NCBI GenBank assembly: GCA_028279595.1
Contig: JANQNK010000019.1
Span: forward strand, 33,965-97,964
DNA from: Thermoplasmatota archaeon
Lineage (GTDB): Archaea; Thermoplasmatota; JAKEGO01
Direction: 5' to 3'
DNA: 64,000 nt
Positions within the stretch are counted from its first letter, which is position 1. The number at the start of each line of letters is the position of its first letter. Position numbers and translations under genes: made by a program. Positions 49,141-59,506 of the stretch are shown here, piece after piece. Below the pieces are notes generated by a model. It was not told the origin of the DNA and made no database searches. It saw only the letters and a list, made by a program, of their open reading frames with translations.

Positions 49141-51411
49141 TCATCCGGTCGAGAGGAGCTCGCTCAGGTCCAGGATGTCGATGAATCCCCGCTTTTCAGC
49201 GTAGTACATGATCTGGCCCGATACGGCATCGACGACGACCGTCATAGTCCGCTCCGAGTTCATCGCGAAGACGGTATATTCAGTGACCTCGCCACTTGCT
49301 CCAGAGAGGGGCATAGGATAGACCGCTAGGATGCCCTGGCCCACGGTCGCGTTCTCGAAGGAGAAGTCATCGGACCCGCTCTCGAAGAGCTCGGGGTGGA
49401 CATGCTGGTATCCGTCGTAGTCGCCCAGCAGGTACATCCTGTGGACACATGTTTCGAAGGCGAAAACAGGTGGGACGTCATCGAGGGACTGGCTGAGTTC
49501 CACGTCCTCGTCTATGGCACCTTCGCTGTCATCAGTGACGCCGTCCTGGTTGCTTACCTCGATGTTGTAGAACTCGTCGGAGCCCCCCTCGCCGAAGGTC
49601 ATATTCCATACCTTATCCTTTCCAGTATGATTGTAAAGTGACAGGACATTGTACGCATCGGGATGGTTCGTCATATACTCTCTGAAATCGGAGTCCTGTG
49701 CCCAGGCGTCGTCGTAGGCGTCCTCGACCTGCCATATGTTCCCGCCGTGCTCTCTGAACCCATGATCGCCCTCCTTGTCGGGATCGACCAATGGCGCCAT
49801 CATGCTGTAGGACGCCACAGCGGTCCAGTTGTCAGGATCGTGCTTGTCCCATACATCTGTGTTCAATGATGTAATGAAATCACTCTCATCATCCGGAAGG
49901 TCCGTGGTCCCGACGGTGAAATCAGTCATCTTCTTGGTGTTCTCCGTGGTGGTGCTGGTCCCGTCGTCGCTCTGTGTGGTGTGTTTGAAGTACGTTCTGA
50001 CAGGATACGGATTCTCGTCCGCAAGCCAGTACTTGATGATCGGTGGGTCGTCCACGTCCTCGCCGTCGATGCTGACGATATTGATATCGAACTCGATGCA
50101 CGGGATGTATCCGATCTCCTCGACCTTGACGGCCTTGATGTCGACGGCTAGCCAATCGATCTCGACGGACCCGACGGTGATGTCGCCGTGGCTGGCGACG
50201 TCCAGGGTCTCGCCCTCGCCGATGTCGGACACATGGAGTGTGTTGTCCTCGGCCTGGACATGGGGGTATCCGACCATCTTGCCAGTGATGTGCTTCTCCT
50301 CCTGGATTATATCGCCAGCGGTAATGTCCCCGTCGGTGACATGAAGCTCCATCTTGATCGCCCGGTCCAGCGGAGCATAGATCCATGTGAAGGTCTTTCC
50401 ATTGATCGAACCCGTGATGGGCTGGTCTCCGTTGTTCTCTGTCTCGGCATAGGAACCGTCGTCCAGTTGCATCTCGAAGAGGGTGCGACGCTCGTAAACG
50501 GTATGGTTCTTGAGGAATCCGTCCTCGACGGGATCGGACTCCCCGTCGACGAATGCATCCACCGTTCCGCTGTAGGTAAGGTAGATGACCTTGACGGTAT
50601 CGTCGATCTGTACGATATCGCTCTGTTCGATCGTGAATAGCCCATCATTGTTCTGGATGGTCACATCGCCCTTGAGCGTGTAGCTGGCCCTGTCGCCGAT
50701 CATCTCCGGTTCCGGTGTGACGAGCAGCGGTTTCACGGTGATGATGATCTCGGCGGTGTCATCCGCACCCATCTCGTCCTTGACGGTGACCGTGATGGTC
50801 CGGTCCTGGGTGCTGGCAGTGTGTTTGATCTTGAAGTATCCCCTGAGCCAGGAGTGACCGTCCCCGCCGCCGCGCTCCTCCTTGCCGAGCTTCACGAACT
50901 CCTCATCAGGGTAGTCCCAGTCGTAGATCTTGATCCTGCCGTCGGGATCCGTACTGTTCCGTGCGGAGATCAGGATGACCTGGCCGTCGGTGGGGTCCGT
51001 GACGCTGCAATCTATGACCGCCTCAGGAGACTCGTTGCCCATCGGTACAAATAGGAGCGCTCCTACGACGATCGCAGCGATAAGCAATACGACCATCGAT
51101 TTCCCGTTCTTCGTGTGGAGGTAGGCGATCAATCCACCGTTCCCGCCGGAGCCTGCCTTCGCTGGCTGAGTACCGGTCGGTGTTCCCGCTGCCGCTCCCG
51201 CTGTAGGTCCGGCCGCTGCCGGTGGCGGGGCCGCCGCCTTGCCAACGGGCGCCGTCTCCTTCGCTGGCTCGGGTTTCGCGGGCTCCGGGGCCTTGGTCTC
51301 GGCCTTCTGCGCAATGCCGTTGTCGTTGTTCGAGAGGTCTATGGTGACCTCCTCGTCATGGAGGTCTATGACCTCCTCGTCACCGGCCGAGATCTTCAGG
51401 GGCGGGGCCAT
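49141..51411 (-). CDS. Single-pass membrane protein with Pro/Ala-rich N-terminus, PKD domain and PepSY-like C-terminus
   Basis: TM, NESP.A, STDPDGRI..YDWD, VTVKDEMG; terminal VVVDAVSGQI. Confidence 0.72.
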   Translation of the reverse strand: MAPPLKISAGDEEVIDLHDEEVTIDLSNNDNGIAQKAETKAPEPAKPEPAKETAPVGKAAAPPPAAAGPTAGAAAGTPTGTQPAKAGSGGNGGLIAYLHTKNGKSMVVLLIAAIVVGALLFVPMGNESPEAVIDCSVTDPTDGQVILISARNSTDPDGRIKIYDWDYPDEEFVKLGKEERGGGDGHSWLRGYFKIKHTASTQDRTITVTVKDEMGADDTAEIIITVKPLLVTPEPEMIGDRASYTLKGDVTIQNNDGLFTIEQSDIVQIDDTVKVIYLTYSGTVDAFVDGESDPVEDGFLKNHTVYERRTLFEMQLDDGSYAETENNGDQPITGSINGKTFTWIYAPLDRAIKMELHVTDGDITAGDIIQEEKHITGKMVGYPHVQAEDNTLHVSDIGEGETLDVASHGDITVGSVEIDWLAVDIKAVKVEEIGYIPCIEFDINIVSIDGEDVDDPPIIKYWLADENPYPVRTYFKHTTQSDDGTSTTTENTKKMTDFTVGTTDLPDDESDFITSLNTDVWDKHDPDNWTAVASYSMMAPLVDPDKEGDHGFREHGGNIWQVEDAYDDAWAQDSDFREYMTNHPDAYNVLSLYNHTGKDKVWNMTFGEGGSDEFYNIEVSNQDGVTDDSEGAIDEDVELSQSLDDVPPVFAFETCVHRMYLLGDYDGYQHVHPELFESGSDDFSFENATVGQGILAVYPMPLSGASGEVTEYTVFAMNSERTMTVVVDAVSGQIMYYAEKRGFIDILDLSELLSTG

Positions 51412-51531
51412 GCGCCCACTTACGGACTGGGCCTATTTAATGATTGTGAAAAATCGTTCCTGATTTACCATGTACCCAGTGCGCTGAAAGTCGCGAAAAC
51501 ATGCCTTTCGATGCCATTTGGAGAGATCGCC

Positions 51532-52413
51532 CTAATCCTCGTCCTCGGCTATCGATATCCTCACTCCCGCGGTCGGTGATGGCGGGGGCGGTGGTGGAGG
51601 GGGTCTGAGAACGGGCGGACCCTCGTATACCTCGACCTCCTCGACGACTACGTCCTCATCGGCGAGCTCGACGACCTCGGCATAGGTCATCCTCTTGCGC
51701 GCCCGCAGGTTGTAGTCCTCTGCGTCCCCGTCGAGGGCGTTGATCATGTGGTACATCGATTCCAGGGCTTCCTCGGTCTTTCGCTTCTTCTTCTGGATCA
51801 TCGTCTTGCGGTAGCGGACGGCGTGAGGCTCGGCCCGGTTCAGGCGATCCCATTTCCTCGTCAGGGCCCTGGCCTTCTCGTGGTGCTCCCTGATCTCGGG
51901 CGGCTTCTCGAGGAGCCAGATCGCCTTGCTGAGACGGTCCCGCTCACCCCTCAGGTTCCTGAGCTTCGCGCCGAGGAGCTTGGTCGGTTCGGTATCGTAC
52001 TTCTTCGAGACCTTCACGATGGCCTTGTCCAGGCCAGCCACCTTGCCGACCAGCTCCCTGTGGACAGGCAGGTCCTCCTTGTTCATCGGGGGCGGCGGGA
52101 CACCCGGAGCCTCGGGGCCGCCGAGGAAGGGATACCCGCCCCGGTAGTAACCGATCATGAAGAAGAGGCCCGAGAAACCGAGAAGGCTCAGGGCCATGTT
52201 CGCCGCCGTAAGGGGCTTTCCGGGCGCGAGGGCCAGGAAGATGTAGATGACTCCCGATAGCATCAGCGAGAAGATGCAGGCCAGCATTATCCGCATGGGC
52301 CACTCGTCGTATGCGTCGACCTCGTTCTTTCCCGGGAACAGGGCCTGTACCACCGTGAACCCGGGGAGGAAGAATATCAGGACGATCGTCGGGATGACGA
52401 GGAGCTCCTCCAT
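51532..52413 (-). CDS. DUF1616-like membrane protein with coiled coil and polyproline tail
   Basis: FFLPGF..V.ALFP, 3 TM, C-terminal PPPPPPPP. Confidence 0.65.
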   Translation of the reverse strand: MEELLVIPTIVLIFFLPGFTVVQALFPGKNEVDAYDEWPMRIMLACIFSLMLSGVIYIFLALAPGKPLTAANMALSLLGFSGLFFMIGYYRGGYPFLGGPEAPGVPPPPMNKEDLPVHRELVGKVAGLDKAIVKVSKKYDTEPTKLLGAKLRNLRGERDRLSKAIWLLEKPPEIREHHEKARALTRKWDRLNRAEPHAVRYRKTMIQKKKRKTEEALESMYHMINALDGDAEDYNLRARKRMTYAEVVELADEDVVVEEVEVYEGPPVLRPPPPPPPPSPTAGVRISIAEDED

Positions 52414-52416
52414 GCC

Positions 52417-52926
52417 TCATCGACCTCCGCCGAACAGCGATGGAAGGTAGATGAGATAGGTCCCGTCCTTCTGGATCACTATGGGGCTCTTCCTGAGAAG
52501 GCTCTCGAGGTCGATCTCGTAGACGCCGGATTCGACGATCCTGATCACCTCCGGGGTCTTCTTGGGAGTCTTGACCTTCCTTCTAGGGACCTTGCGCTCG
52601 AAGGACTCGTCGCCCCTCCGCTTCAGCTCGTCCACGGCCGTGTACCCCGACCTGATCTCCTCGGGTCGGACGGCGACCCATCCCTCACCCGATGGGAGGT
52701 CGTCCGATTCCGGAGCCGGTTCGAGGACGGAATTGTCGGTCAGGACCTTCTTCACGAGCTCGCGCATCTCCTCCTCGCTGGAACGCCTCATCTGGGAGAG
52801 GTCGCCATCCGAGAGGGGTGCCTGGGTGAAGAAGAACTTCGTGCCTCCGCATGAGGGACAGCCCTTGAGGATCTCCCTGCTCCCTTCGGGGAACACGGAC
52901 CCGCACTGGAGACACTGATGTGGCAT
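52417..52926 (-). CDS. Zn-ribbon protein COG3364/DUF2072 (OapC-like)
   Basis: MPHQCLQCG..F.EGS.EILKGCPSCGG.KF; GVYEIDL..L; DGTY.I.L. Confidence 0.85.
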   Translation of the reverse strand: MPHQCLQCGSVFPEGSREILKGCPSCGGTKFFFTQAPLSDGDLSQMRRSSEEEMRELVKKVLTDNSVLEPAPESDDLPSGEGWVAVRPEEIRSGYTAVDELKRRGDESFERKVPRRKVKTPKKTPEVIRIVESGVYEIDLESLLRKSPIVIQKDGTYLIYLPSLFGGGR

Positions 52927-52986
52927 ATCTGGAAATCCCCTTCAACTACATTAATTTATCATCCGTTCGGTCGCTCGGGGCGGCGG

Positions 52987-53265
52987 TCAGTGGGTTATCT
53001 CGAATGAACTGAAACCGCCCGACGGCTCCCGCCACTCGACGTTGAACAGTATGACCTGGGCCCTCGGGATGGATGTCCGGCAGTACGTGACGATCTCCTT
53101 GATCGTGGTCTCCTCTCCCTCGAAGAGTGCCTCGACATGACCATCTGGCATGTTCCTGACCCATCCTGTGAGGCCGAGGCGTTTCGCCTCCCTCTCGGTG
53201 TGCATCCTGAAGTACACTCCCTGCACGGTGCCGTGGAACTTGACGAGAGCAGCCCGGTCCGCCAT
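52987..53265 (-). CDS. acyP: Acylphosphatase
   Basis: GTVQGVYFR, GWVRN.PDG.VE. Confidence 0.92.
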   Translation of the reverse strand: MADRAALVKFHGTVQGVYFRMHTEREAKRLGLTGWVRNMPDGHVEALFEGEETTIKEIVTYCRTSIPRAQVILFNVEWREPSGGFSSFEITH

Positions 53266-53350
53266 ATCGATCCCCGTTCCGGATGGGTCCCGGATTATTT
53301 AAGGCTGATTCGGGAGACAGATTTTTATCCCGGACGCACATTGCCGGACG

Positions 53351-54094
53351 ATGCAGGACATCTTGAAGAAGGTTAGGTCGGGCGAGATCGACATCGAGGA
53401 GGCCGAGGCCGCGCTCAAGCGGAGGATCCTCAGGGTGGGCGACTGCGGGAGACTGGACATCGAGAGGGACGGTCGGACCGGAATACCCGAGGTGGTCATC
53501 GCCGAGGGGAAGGACCCAAAACACACCGAGGAACTGGTCAGGAGCCTCTACGAGGAGACAGGGTTCGCCATGGTCACCAGGCTCGACCCGAAGGAGGCCC
53601 AGGACCTCATGGAGAGCGTCCCGATCGAGTACCACGACGACGCGCGGATAGGCGTCATCGGCAGCAGGGAGCCCTGCAGCGGAACGGTCGGTGTCCTGAC
53701 GGCAGGGACCTCGGACATTCCCGTGGCGGAGGAGGTCAAGGTAGTGGCGGAGTCGCTTGGATGCTCGACGATGACCGCCTACGACGTCGGCGTCGCAGGT
53801 ATACACCGGGTGACGGAGGCCCTCGAGGAGATGTCGGGGAAGGTCGACGTACTCGTCGTCGCGGCCGGCAGGGAGGGGGCACTCGCGTCGGTGGTCGCGG
53901 GACTGATGGACGTCCCGGTGATCGGTGTCCCCGTGTCGACGGGGTACGGTGCCGGCGGATCGGGGGAGTCCGCGCTCCTTTCGATGCTCCAGTCCTGTTC
54001 GCCGATAGTGACGGTGAACATCGATGCCGGAGTGATCGCGGGAATGATGGCGTACAAGATCGCCAGGCTCGCCGGGGACGGCAGTTCGACATAA
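53351..54094 (+). CDS. larB: Nickel-pincer cofactor biosynthesis protein LarB (PurE-like)
   Basis: RTGIPEVV..EGK, AGTSDIPVAEE, DVGVAGIHR, AGREGAL, PVSTGYG, VNID. Confidence 0.9.
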   Translation: MQDILKKVRSGEIDIEEAEAALKRRILRVGDCGRLDIERDGRTGIPEVVIAEGKDPKHTEELVRSLYEETGFAMVTRLDPKEAQDLMESVPIEYHDDARIGVIGSREPCSGTVGVLTAGTSDIPVAEEVKVVAESLGCSTMTAYDVGVAGIHRVTEALEEMSGKVDVLVVAAGREGALASVVAGLMDVPVIGVPVSTGYGAGGSGESALLSMLQSCSPIVTVNIDAGVIAGMMAYKIARLAGDGSST

Positions 54095-54134
54095 CGATAA
54101 AATACCTGTAAGAGATGGAACAGGGAGGGCTAGG

Positions 54135-54914
54135 ATGGAACTCTACCGATCGATAGAACGGATACGCGAAACGAAGCCGTTGGTGCATCACCTGACCAAC
54201 TGGGTGACGATCTACGACTGCGCACAGATAACGAGGTCGGTCGGAGCGCTGCCGGTAATGGCGCACTCGAGACAGGACGCTGTCGAGATGGTCGGGATCG
54301 CGTCCGCACTCGTCCTCAACATAGGCACCCTGGACGACGAACTCGTCGACACGATGGTGCTAGTGGCAGAACGCGCGAAGGAACTGGGCACTCCCGTCGT
54401 CATGGACCCCGTCGGGGCGGGCGCGACCACTCCGAGGACGGAGGCTGCAAGACGTCTCCTCGACACCGGAGCGATAACCGTCATCAAGGGGAATGCTGGC
54501 GAGATCACGACCCTCGCAGGAGGGATCGCCGAGGTCCGCGGCGTGGAGTCGATGGCGGCCGAGGGCGCCGACTCCGCCGCAAAGATGCTCGCGAAGGAGG
54601 GGCACGTCGTCGCGATGACCGGTGCGGTGGACCACGTCACAGATGGCGAAAGGACGGCTCTCATCTCCAACGGCCACTCGCTGATGGGCGAGGTCGTTGG
54701 CACTGGATGCATGTCCGCCAGCGTGATCGGGGCGTTCATCGCTGTCGACCCCGACCCGTTCGAGGGAACGGTCAATGCTCTGGCATCATACGGTATCTCA
54801 GGGGAGAAAGGGGCAGAGGGTTCGCCGGCCCCGCTCGATTTCAAATCGAGGCTGATCGACGGGATGGCCTCGCTATCAAGGTCCGACATCGACATGATGA
54901 AGGTGGAGCGATGA
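54135..54914 (+). CDS. thiM: Hydroxyethylthiazole kinase
   Basis: PLVHHLTNWV, LVLNIGTL, MDPVGAGAT, IKGNAGEI, VGTGC. Confidence 0.94.
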   Translation: MELYRSIERIRETKPLVHHLTNWVTIYDCAQITRSVGALPVMAHSRQDAVEMVGIASALVLNIGTLDDELVDTMVLVAERAKELGTPVVMDPVGAGATTPRTEAARRLLDTGAITVIKGNAGEITTLAGGIAEVRGVESMAAEGADSAAKMLAKEGHVVAMTGAVDHVTDGERTALISNGHSLMGEVVGTGCMSASVIGAFIAVDPDPFEGTVNALASYGISGEKGAEGSPAPLDFKSRLIDGMASLSRSDIDMMKVER

Positions 54915-55525
54915 TCGGTGGCTACTACTTCATCACCGACCACGGACTATCCGAAAAGGGAATAATCAACGATGTCGAGGAGGCGATCGGCGGAGGCGCC
55001 CGGGTCGTCCAGTATCGCAACAAGTCGGGGACCTCGAGGACCCTGTACGAGGAGGCGTTGGCCCTCAGAAAGTTCTGCGCCGACTCCGACGTGCCGTTCA
55101 TCGTCAATGACAGACTGGACATCGCAATGGCGGTCGAGGCGGACGGTATCCACATCGGTCCCAAGGACATACCGATGTTCGCGATCAGGGACTCATACGA
55201 TGGGATCATCGGCAGGACCTGCTCCACGGTCGACGACGCGAAGCGTTACGCGGCCGAGGGAGCCGACTACCTGGGCGTGAGCCCGATATACTCCACGACG
55301 ACGAAGGACGACGCCGGGACGGCGGTCGGACCCGGGTTCATAACCGAGGTCCGGGGATCTGTCGACCTACCGTTGATCGCGATCGGGGGGATCACACTTG
55401 AGGACGTGCACGAGGTCATGTGGGCGGGCGCCGACGGCCTTTGCGCGATCTCCGCCACGGCGGGTAAGGATGTCAGATCGAAGGTCGCAGCCTTCGCAGA
55501 GGCGATAGGGAGGAAGAAGGAATGA
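54911..55525 (+). CDS. thiE: Thiamine-phosphate synthase
   Basis: VQYRNK, FIVNDRLD, DGIHIG, TTTK, AIGGI. Confidence 0.93.
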   Translation: MIGGYYFITDHGLSEKGIINDVEEAIGGGARVVQYRNKSGTSRTLYEEALALRKFCADSDVPFIVNDRLDIAMAVEADGIHIGPKDIPMFAIRDSYDGIIGRTCSTVDDAKRYAAEGADYLGVSPIYSTTTKDDAGTAVGPGFITEVRGSVDLPLIAIGGITLEDVHEVMWAGADGLCAISATAGKDVRSKVAAFAEAIGRKKE

Positions 55526-56778
55526 CCCAGCTGGATGCCGCGAGGAGAGGAGAGATCACCGACGAGATGGCATACACTGCCAGGGAGGAGGGCGTTGAGC
55601 CGGAGTTCATCCGGAGGTCCATCGCCGAAGGCCGTATGGTCATCCCGGCCAACGTGAGGCACGACTGGATCAAGCCCGTGGCCATCGGCCCGGGGATCAC
55701 CACGAAGATCAACTCGAACATAGGTACTTCCGTCTACGAGGTGGACATCGACAGGGAACTGGAGAAGCTCAGGGTATCGAGGAAGCATGGCGCCGACGCG
55801 CTCATGGACCTCAGCACAGCAGGTGACCTGAACGAGATAAGACGGGTCCTCCTGAAGGAATGGGACCTGACCTTCGGAACGGTCCCGATATATCAGGCCA
55901 TGGCCGACGCCGAGGAGGTCCACGATGTGACCGGAGAGACCATGTTGAAGGCCGTCGAGGACCATGCGAAACAGGGCGTAGATTTCGTTACGGTACACTG
56001 CGGCGTAACGAGGGATGTCACCCCCCTCGTCAAGAAGCGGGAGATCGCCGTCGTTTCACGTGGCGGGGCTTTCCTTCTCTCCTGGATGATGGCCCACGAC
56101 GAGGAGAACCCGCTCTACACCGGGTTCGACAGCATACTGGACATCGCCCACGAGTACGACGTCACCCTGAGCCTTGGGGACGGCTTACGGCCTGGAGGCA
56201 TCCCTGACAACACGGACGAGGCGCAGGTCCACGAGCTCCGGACCCTGGGAGAGCTCACCCTCCGGGCCCGGGAGGCCGGGGTCCAGGTCATGATAGAGGG
56301 CCCGGGACACATACCGCTCAACCGGGTGGAGGAGAACGTCAGGCTCCAGAAGGAGGTCTGCCACGGAGCGCCGTTCTACGTCCTCGGACCTCTTGTCACC
56401 GACATCAGTCCAGGTTACGATCACATTACCGCATCCATCGGTGCGGCGATAGCGGGGGCGGCCGGAGCCGACTTCCTCTGCTACGTCACACCGGCGGAGC
56501 ACCTCAAACTGCCCGACGTCGACGACGTCGCCGAGGGCGTCGTGGCCCTGAAGATAGCAGCTCACGCCGCTGACCTGGCCAAGGGCGTTCCGGGGGCGTT
56601 CGAGAAGGACCTCGCGATGACGAGGGCCCGGTGCAAGCTCGACTGGGAGACCCAGATGAGCCTGGCCATCGACCCCGACAAGGCGAGAAGGTACCGGGCG
56701 GAGAGCAAGATCGATTCGGAGGAGTGCACGATGTGCGGACCCTTCTGCTCGATCAAGATGTTCGGTGGTTCCGAATGA
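55522..56778 (+). CDS. thiC: Phosphomethylpyrimidine synthase
   Basis: KINSNIGTS, MDLST, GTVPIY, SRGG, EGPGH, CYVTPAEHL, CTMCG.FC. Confidence 0.95.
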   Translation: MTQLDAARRGEITDEMAYTAREEGVEPEFIRRSIAEGRMVIPANVRHDWIKPVAIGPGITTKINSNIGTSVYEVDIDRELEKLRVSRKHGADALMDLSTAGDLNEIRRVLLKEWDLTFGTVPIYQAMADAEEVHDVTGETMLKAVEDHAKQGVDFVTVHCGVTRDVTPLVKKREIAVVSRGGAFLLSWMMAHDEENPLYTGFDSILDIAHEYDVTLSLGDGLRPGGIPDNTDEAQVHELRTLGELTLRAREAGVQVMIEGPGHIPLNRVEENVRLQKEVCHGAPFYVLGPLVTDISPGYDHITASIGAAIAGAAGADFLCYVTPAEHLKLPDVDDVAEGVVALKIAAHAADLAKGVPGAFEKDLAMTRARCKLDWETQMSLAIDPDKARRYRAESKIDSEECTMCGPFCSIKMFGGSE

Positions 56779-57716
56779 GGATATCCGAGATAGGCGAGTT
56801 CGGCCTCATCGAGAGGCTCGTGAGGCCGCCCAAGAGGGAGTCGCTCATCGTCGGTATCGGCGACGACGCAGCGGTGATGGGCATGACCGGGAATGCCGTG
56901 CTGACCACGGACATGCTCGTGGAAGGGGACCACTTCCGGACGGAGTGGTCGACGCCCAGGCAGATCGGGAGGAAGGCCATGGCGTCCAACGTCTCGGACA
57001 TCGCCGCGATGGGCGGGACCCCGGAGTTCGCGTTCATTTCAATAGCTCTGAGAGAAGGGATCGAGGTCGAGTTCATGGACGACCTCTATGCGGGCATGCA
57101 TGACGTCGCCGACGAGTACGGCATCGACATTGCGGGCGGTGACACGACGCATGGCAGCGTAATGGTCATCAACATCGTGATCGTAGGAAGCATCGAGACG
57201 CCGGTCCTCCGGTCGGGAGCATCGCCCGGGGAACTGATCTGCGTCACAGGACCGCTTGGCGGTTCGAAGGCGGGTCTGGAACTGCTCCTGGCAGGCAAGG
57301 ACGGTCCGACAGGGGCGGTCGCCAAACATCTCGACCCTGGCTGCAGGATGGACATTTCATCGGATATCGCCGCGGTCGCGAACTCGATGATCGACGTCTC
57401 CGACGGACTGGCGTCCGAGGTCAATCACATCTGCGACATGAGCAGCGTCGGAGCCGAGGTCATCGCTGAATGGATACCTCTATCCGCATCGACACGCGAG
57501 GCCGGGGAGGTTCTCGACCAGGACCCGGTCGGCTGGGCCCTGAACGGAGGAGAGGACTTCGAACTGGTCTTCACGATCCATCCTGACAGGCTCAAGGAAG
57601 TGGAGGACAGGTGCACCGTCGTCGGACGGACGCTCCCATCCGATGAGGGAAGGACCCTCGTCGTCGACGGGAACAGATTACCGTTGACCGGCGGCTACGA
57701 CCACTTCAACGAGTGA
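56775..57716 (+). CDS. thiL: Thiamine-monophosphate kinase
   Basis: GEFGLI, GIGDDAA, NVSDIAAMGG, GGDT, DVSDGL, GGEDFEL. Confidence 0.94.
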   Translation: MRISEIGEFGLIERLVRPPKRESLIVGIGDDAAVMGMTGNAVLTTDMLVEGDHFRTEWSTPRQIGRKAMASNVSDIAAMGGTPEFAFISIALREGIEVEFMDDLYAGMHDVADEYGIDIAGGDTTHGSVMVINIVIVGSIETPVLRSGASPGELICVTGPLGGSKAGLELLLAGKDGPTGAVAKHLDPGCRMDISSDIAAVANSMIDVSDGLASEVNHICDMSSVGAEVIAEWIPLSASTREAGEVLDQDPVGWALNGGEDFELVFTIHPDRLKEVEDRCTVVGRTLPSDEGRTLVVDGNRLPLTGGYDHFNE

Positions 57717-58220
57717 TCATTTCTCCCCGAGAACTGGGCGCACCATTTCCAGGACGGCCTCGGGGTCGTCGACCGAGATATAGAATGTCTGTACCTTGAC
57801 GGGGAACCCGTGCATGTAGGCCCTGACCGGTCCCTTGGTCTGGATGGCGACGATGCTCTTCCTTGAGGTTATCGCGGCTATGGTCTTCCTCGGAGCGAAA
57901 TGGACGCCGTACCTGAGGTATATCGGCATCTTCCCGACGAACATCTCGGCCGACTCCAGCTTTTCGAGGGGAATGTCCACCCGCAGGAGGAGGCCGAGCC
58001 TGACCCTCAGGTGACCGCCTTCCGAGGATATTCCGCCCCATATCGGCGAAAGCCCGGAGACGACGGTCTCCATGGCCAGTAATCCCGCTAACAGAAGTAT
58101 CCATTCGACCCCGATCTCTCCGGAAAGGAACAACGCCAGGGTCACCATTGCGGTCGTGAAGACGAGAAGTACGGTCAGTGCATAGAACAATCCCTTCGGA
58201 TAGCTCACCGGGTCTCCCAT
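57717..58220 (-). CDS. Hypothetical membrane protein (2 TM plus PH-like domain)
   Basis: Two hydrophobic segments; terminal ISVDDPE motif typical of bacterial PH-like domains. Confidence 0.6.
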   Translation of the reverse strand: MGDPVSYPKGLFYALTVLLVFTTAMVTLALFLSGEIGVEWILLLAGLLAMETVVSGLSPIWGGISSEGGHLRVRLGLLLRVDIPLEKLESAEMFVGKMPIYLRYGVHFAPRKTIAAITSRKSIVAIQTKGPVRAYMHGFPVKVQTFYISVDDPEAVLEMVRPVLGEK

Positions 58221-59506
58221 TTCTCCAGCTCCAGGACGAGGGAGAGCGTCGATCCGCGCTGGATCTCCTCCCTGAGACGGTTCTCCCGCTCTAGGACGTC
58301 GAGGGCCCTGTTGGCCATCTCGACCGCCTTCTCCTTCGGTACTACGATGACGCCGGTCTCGTCGCCGATCACCCAGTCACCGGGCTTGACGGTCGCGCCG
58401 CCGCACTTGATCGTGGTGCCTATCTCGCCGTGTCCCTTCGGATCTCCGGCAACGGGGTTAAGGTTGCGCGCGAACACCGGGAACTCCATGTCGAGTATGT
58501 CCGGGATGTCCCGGGCCGCGCCATCGATGACGACGCCCTCGATGCCCTTCTGCTTCGAGCTCCAGGATGCCAGTTCGCCCCAGATCGCCACTGAGCCGCC
58601 CTGGGCGTCTATCACTATGACGTCGCCCGGTCCGGCGTGATCGATGGCCTCCACGGGCTTGGCCCAGTCCCCGTCTATCGTCCTGACGGTGACCGCCCGG
58701 CCGACCATCTTCGTCCCCCTCTTCACGTGAGGGAGGATCCCGACCATCCCTCCTGACTTCTGCATCGCGTCGGCGATGTTCGGCGTGGATACCTTCCTGA
58801 AGGCGTCGATGACGCTCGATTGATCGTAACGCTTGAAGAGTTCGGTCGGAACGGCGGTCCCTCCGAGAGAGTCGATGACGGCCTTCGTGGCTCCCGTGAC
58901 GTCCTTGGACTTCGTTATGGCGCCGCCGACGATCACTATGTCCGCCCCGGCCTTGGCCGCCTCTGCCGCGCTCTCCGAGTTCAGCCCGCCCGCTACCGCG
59001 ATGGTCGACCTCGATACGTCCCTCAACGCCTTCAGACCCTCGTACGGCGACATGCCCTTCATCTGCTGGTCGATGCCGACGTGGTACGACAGGCCCTCGA
59101 CGCCCAAGGATTCCAGCTGCTTGACACGGGTGGGGATGTCCTCGACCCCGATGAGGTCGACGAAGATGCGGACGCCGAACCTGTCGGCGGTCTTCAGTGA
59201 TTCGGATATGGTTGCGTCGTCCGCGGTCCCGAGAATGACGACCGCGTTCGCTCCCGCGCGGGCCGCGATCTCGACGTCGAGGAAGCCGACGTCAACGGTC
59301 TTCATGTCGGCTACGATGTATGTCTCCGGGAACTCCTGCCTCAGACGGCGTATCGACATCATGCCCTCGCTCTTGATCAGCGGTGTACCGGCCTCGAGCC
59401 AAACGGGACCTCCCTCTACGGCCTCCTTGGCTATCTGGACGGCCCTGTCGAGCTGTATGAGATCTAGCGCGACCTGAAGCACTGGCTTGCTATCTTCTTC
59501 AGTCAT
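58205..59506 (-). CDS. hxlA: 3-hexulose-6-phosphate synthase fused to an RraA/MenG-like domain
   Basis: LQVALD, EAGTPLIKSEG, ADMKTVD, HVGID; C-terminal STPNIADA, WGELA, DGAARD, PGDWVIGD. Confidence 0.88.
   Translation of the reverse strand: MTEEDSKPVLQVALDLIQLDRAVQIAKEAVEGGPVWLEAGTPLIKSEGMMSIRRLRQEFPETYIVADMKTVDVGFLDVEIAARAGANAVVILGTADDATISESLKTADRFGVRIFVDLIGVEDIPTRVKQLESLGVEGLSYHVGIDQQMKGMSPYEGLKALRDVSRSTIAVAGGLNSESAAEAAKAGADIVIVGGAITKSKDVTGATKAVIDSLGGTAVPTELFKRYDQSSVIDAFRKVSTPNIADAMQKSGGMVGILPHVKRGTKMVGRAVTVRTIDGDWAKPVEAIDHAGPGDVIVIDAQGGSVAIWGELASWSSKQKGIEGVVIDGAARDIPDILDMEFPVFARNLNPVAGDPKGHGEIGTTIKCGGATVKPGDWVIGDETGVIVVPKEKAVEMANRALDVLERENRLREEIQRGSTLSLVLELEKWETR

Noticed and set aside
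54095-54134. TPP riboswitch before thiM
   Set aside because: The intergenic gap is too short and lacks the CTGAGA core
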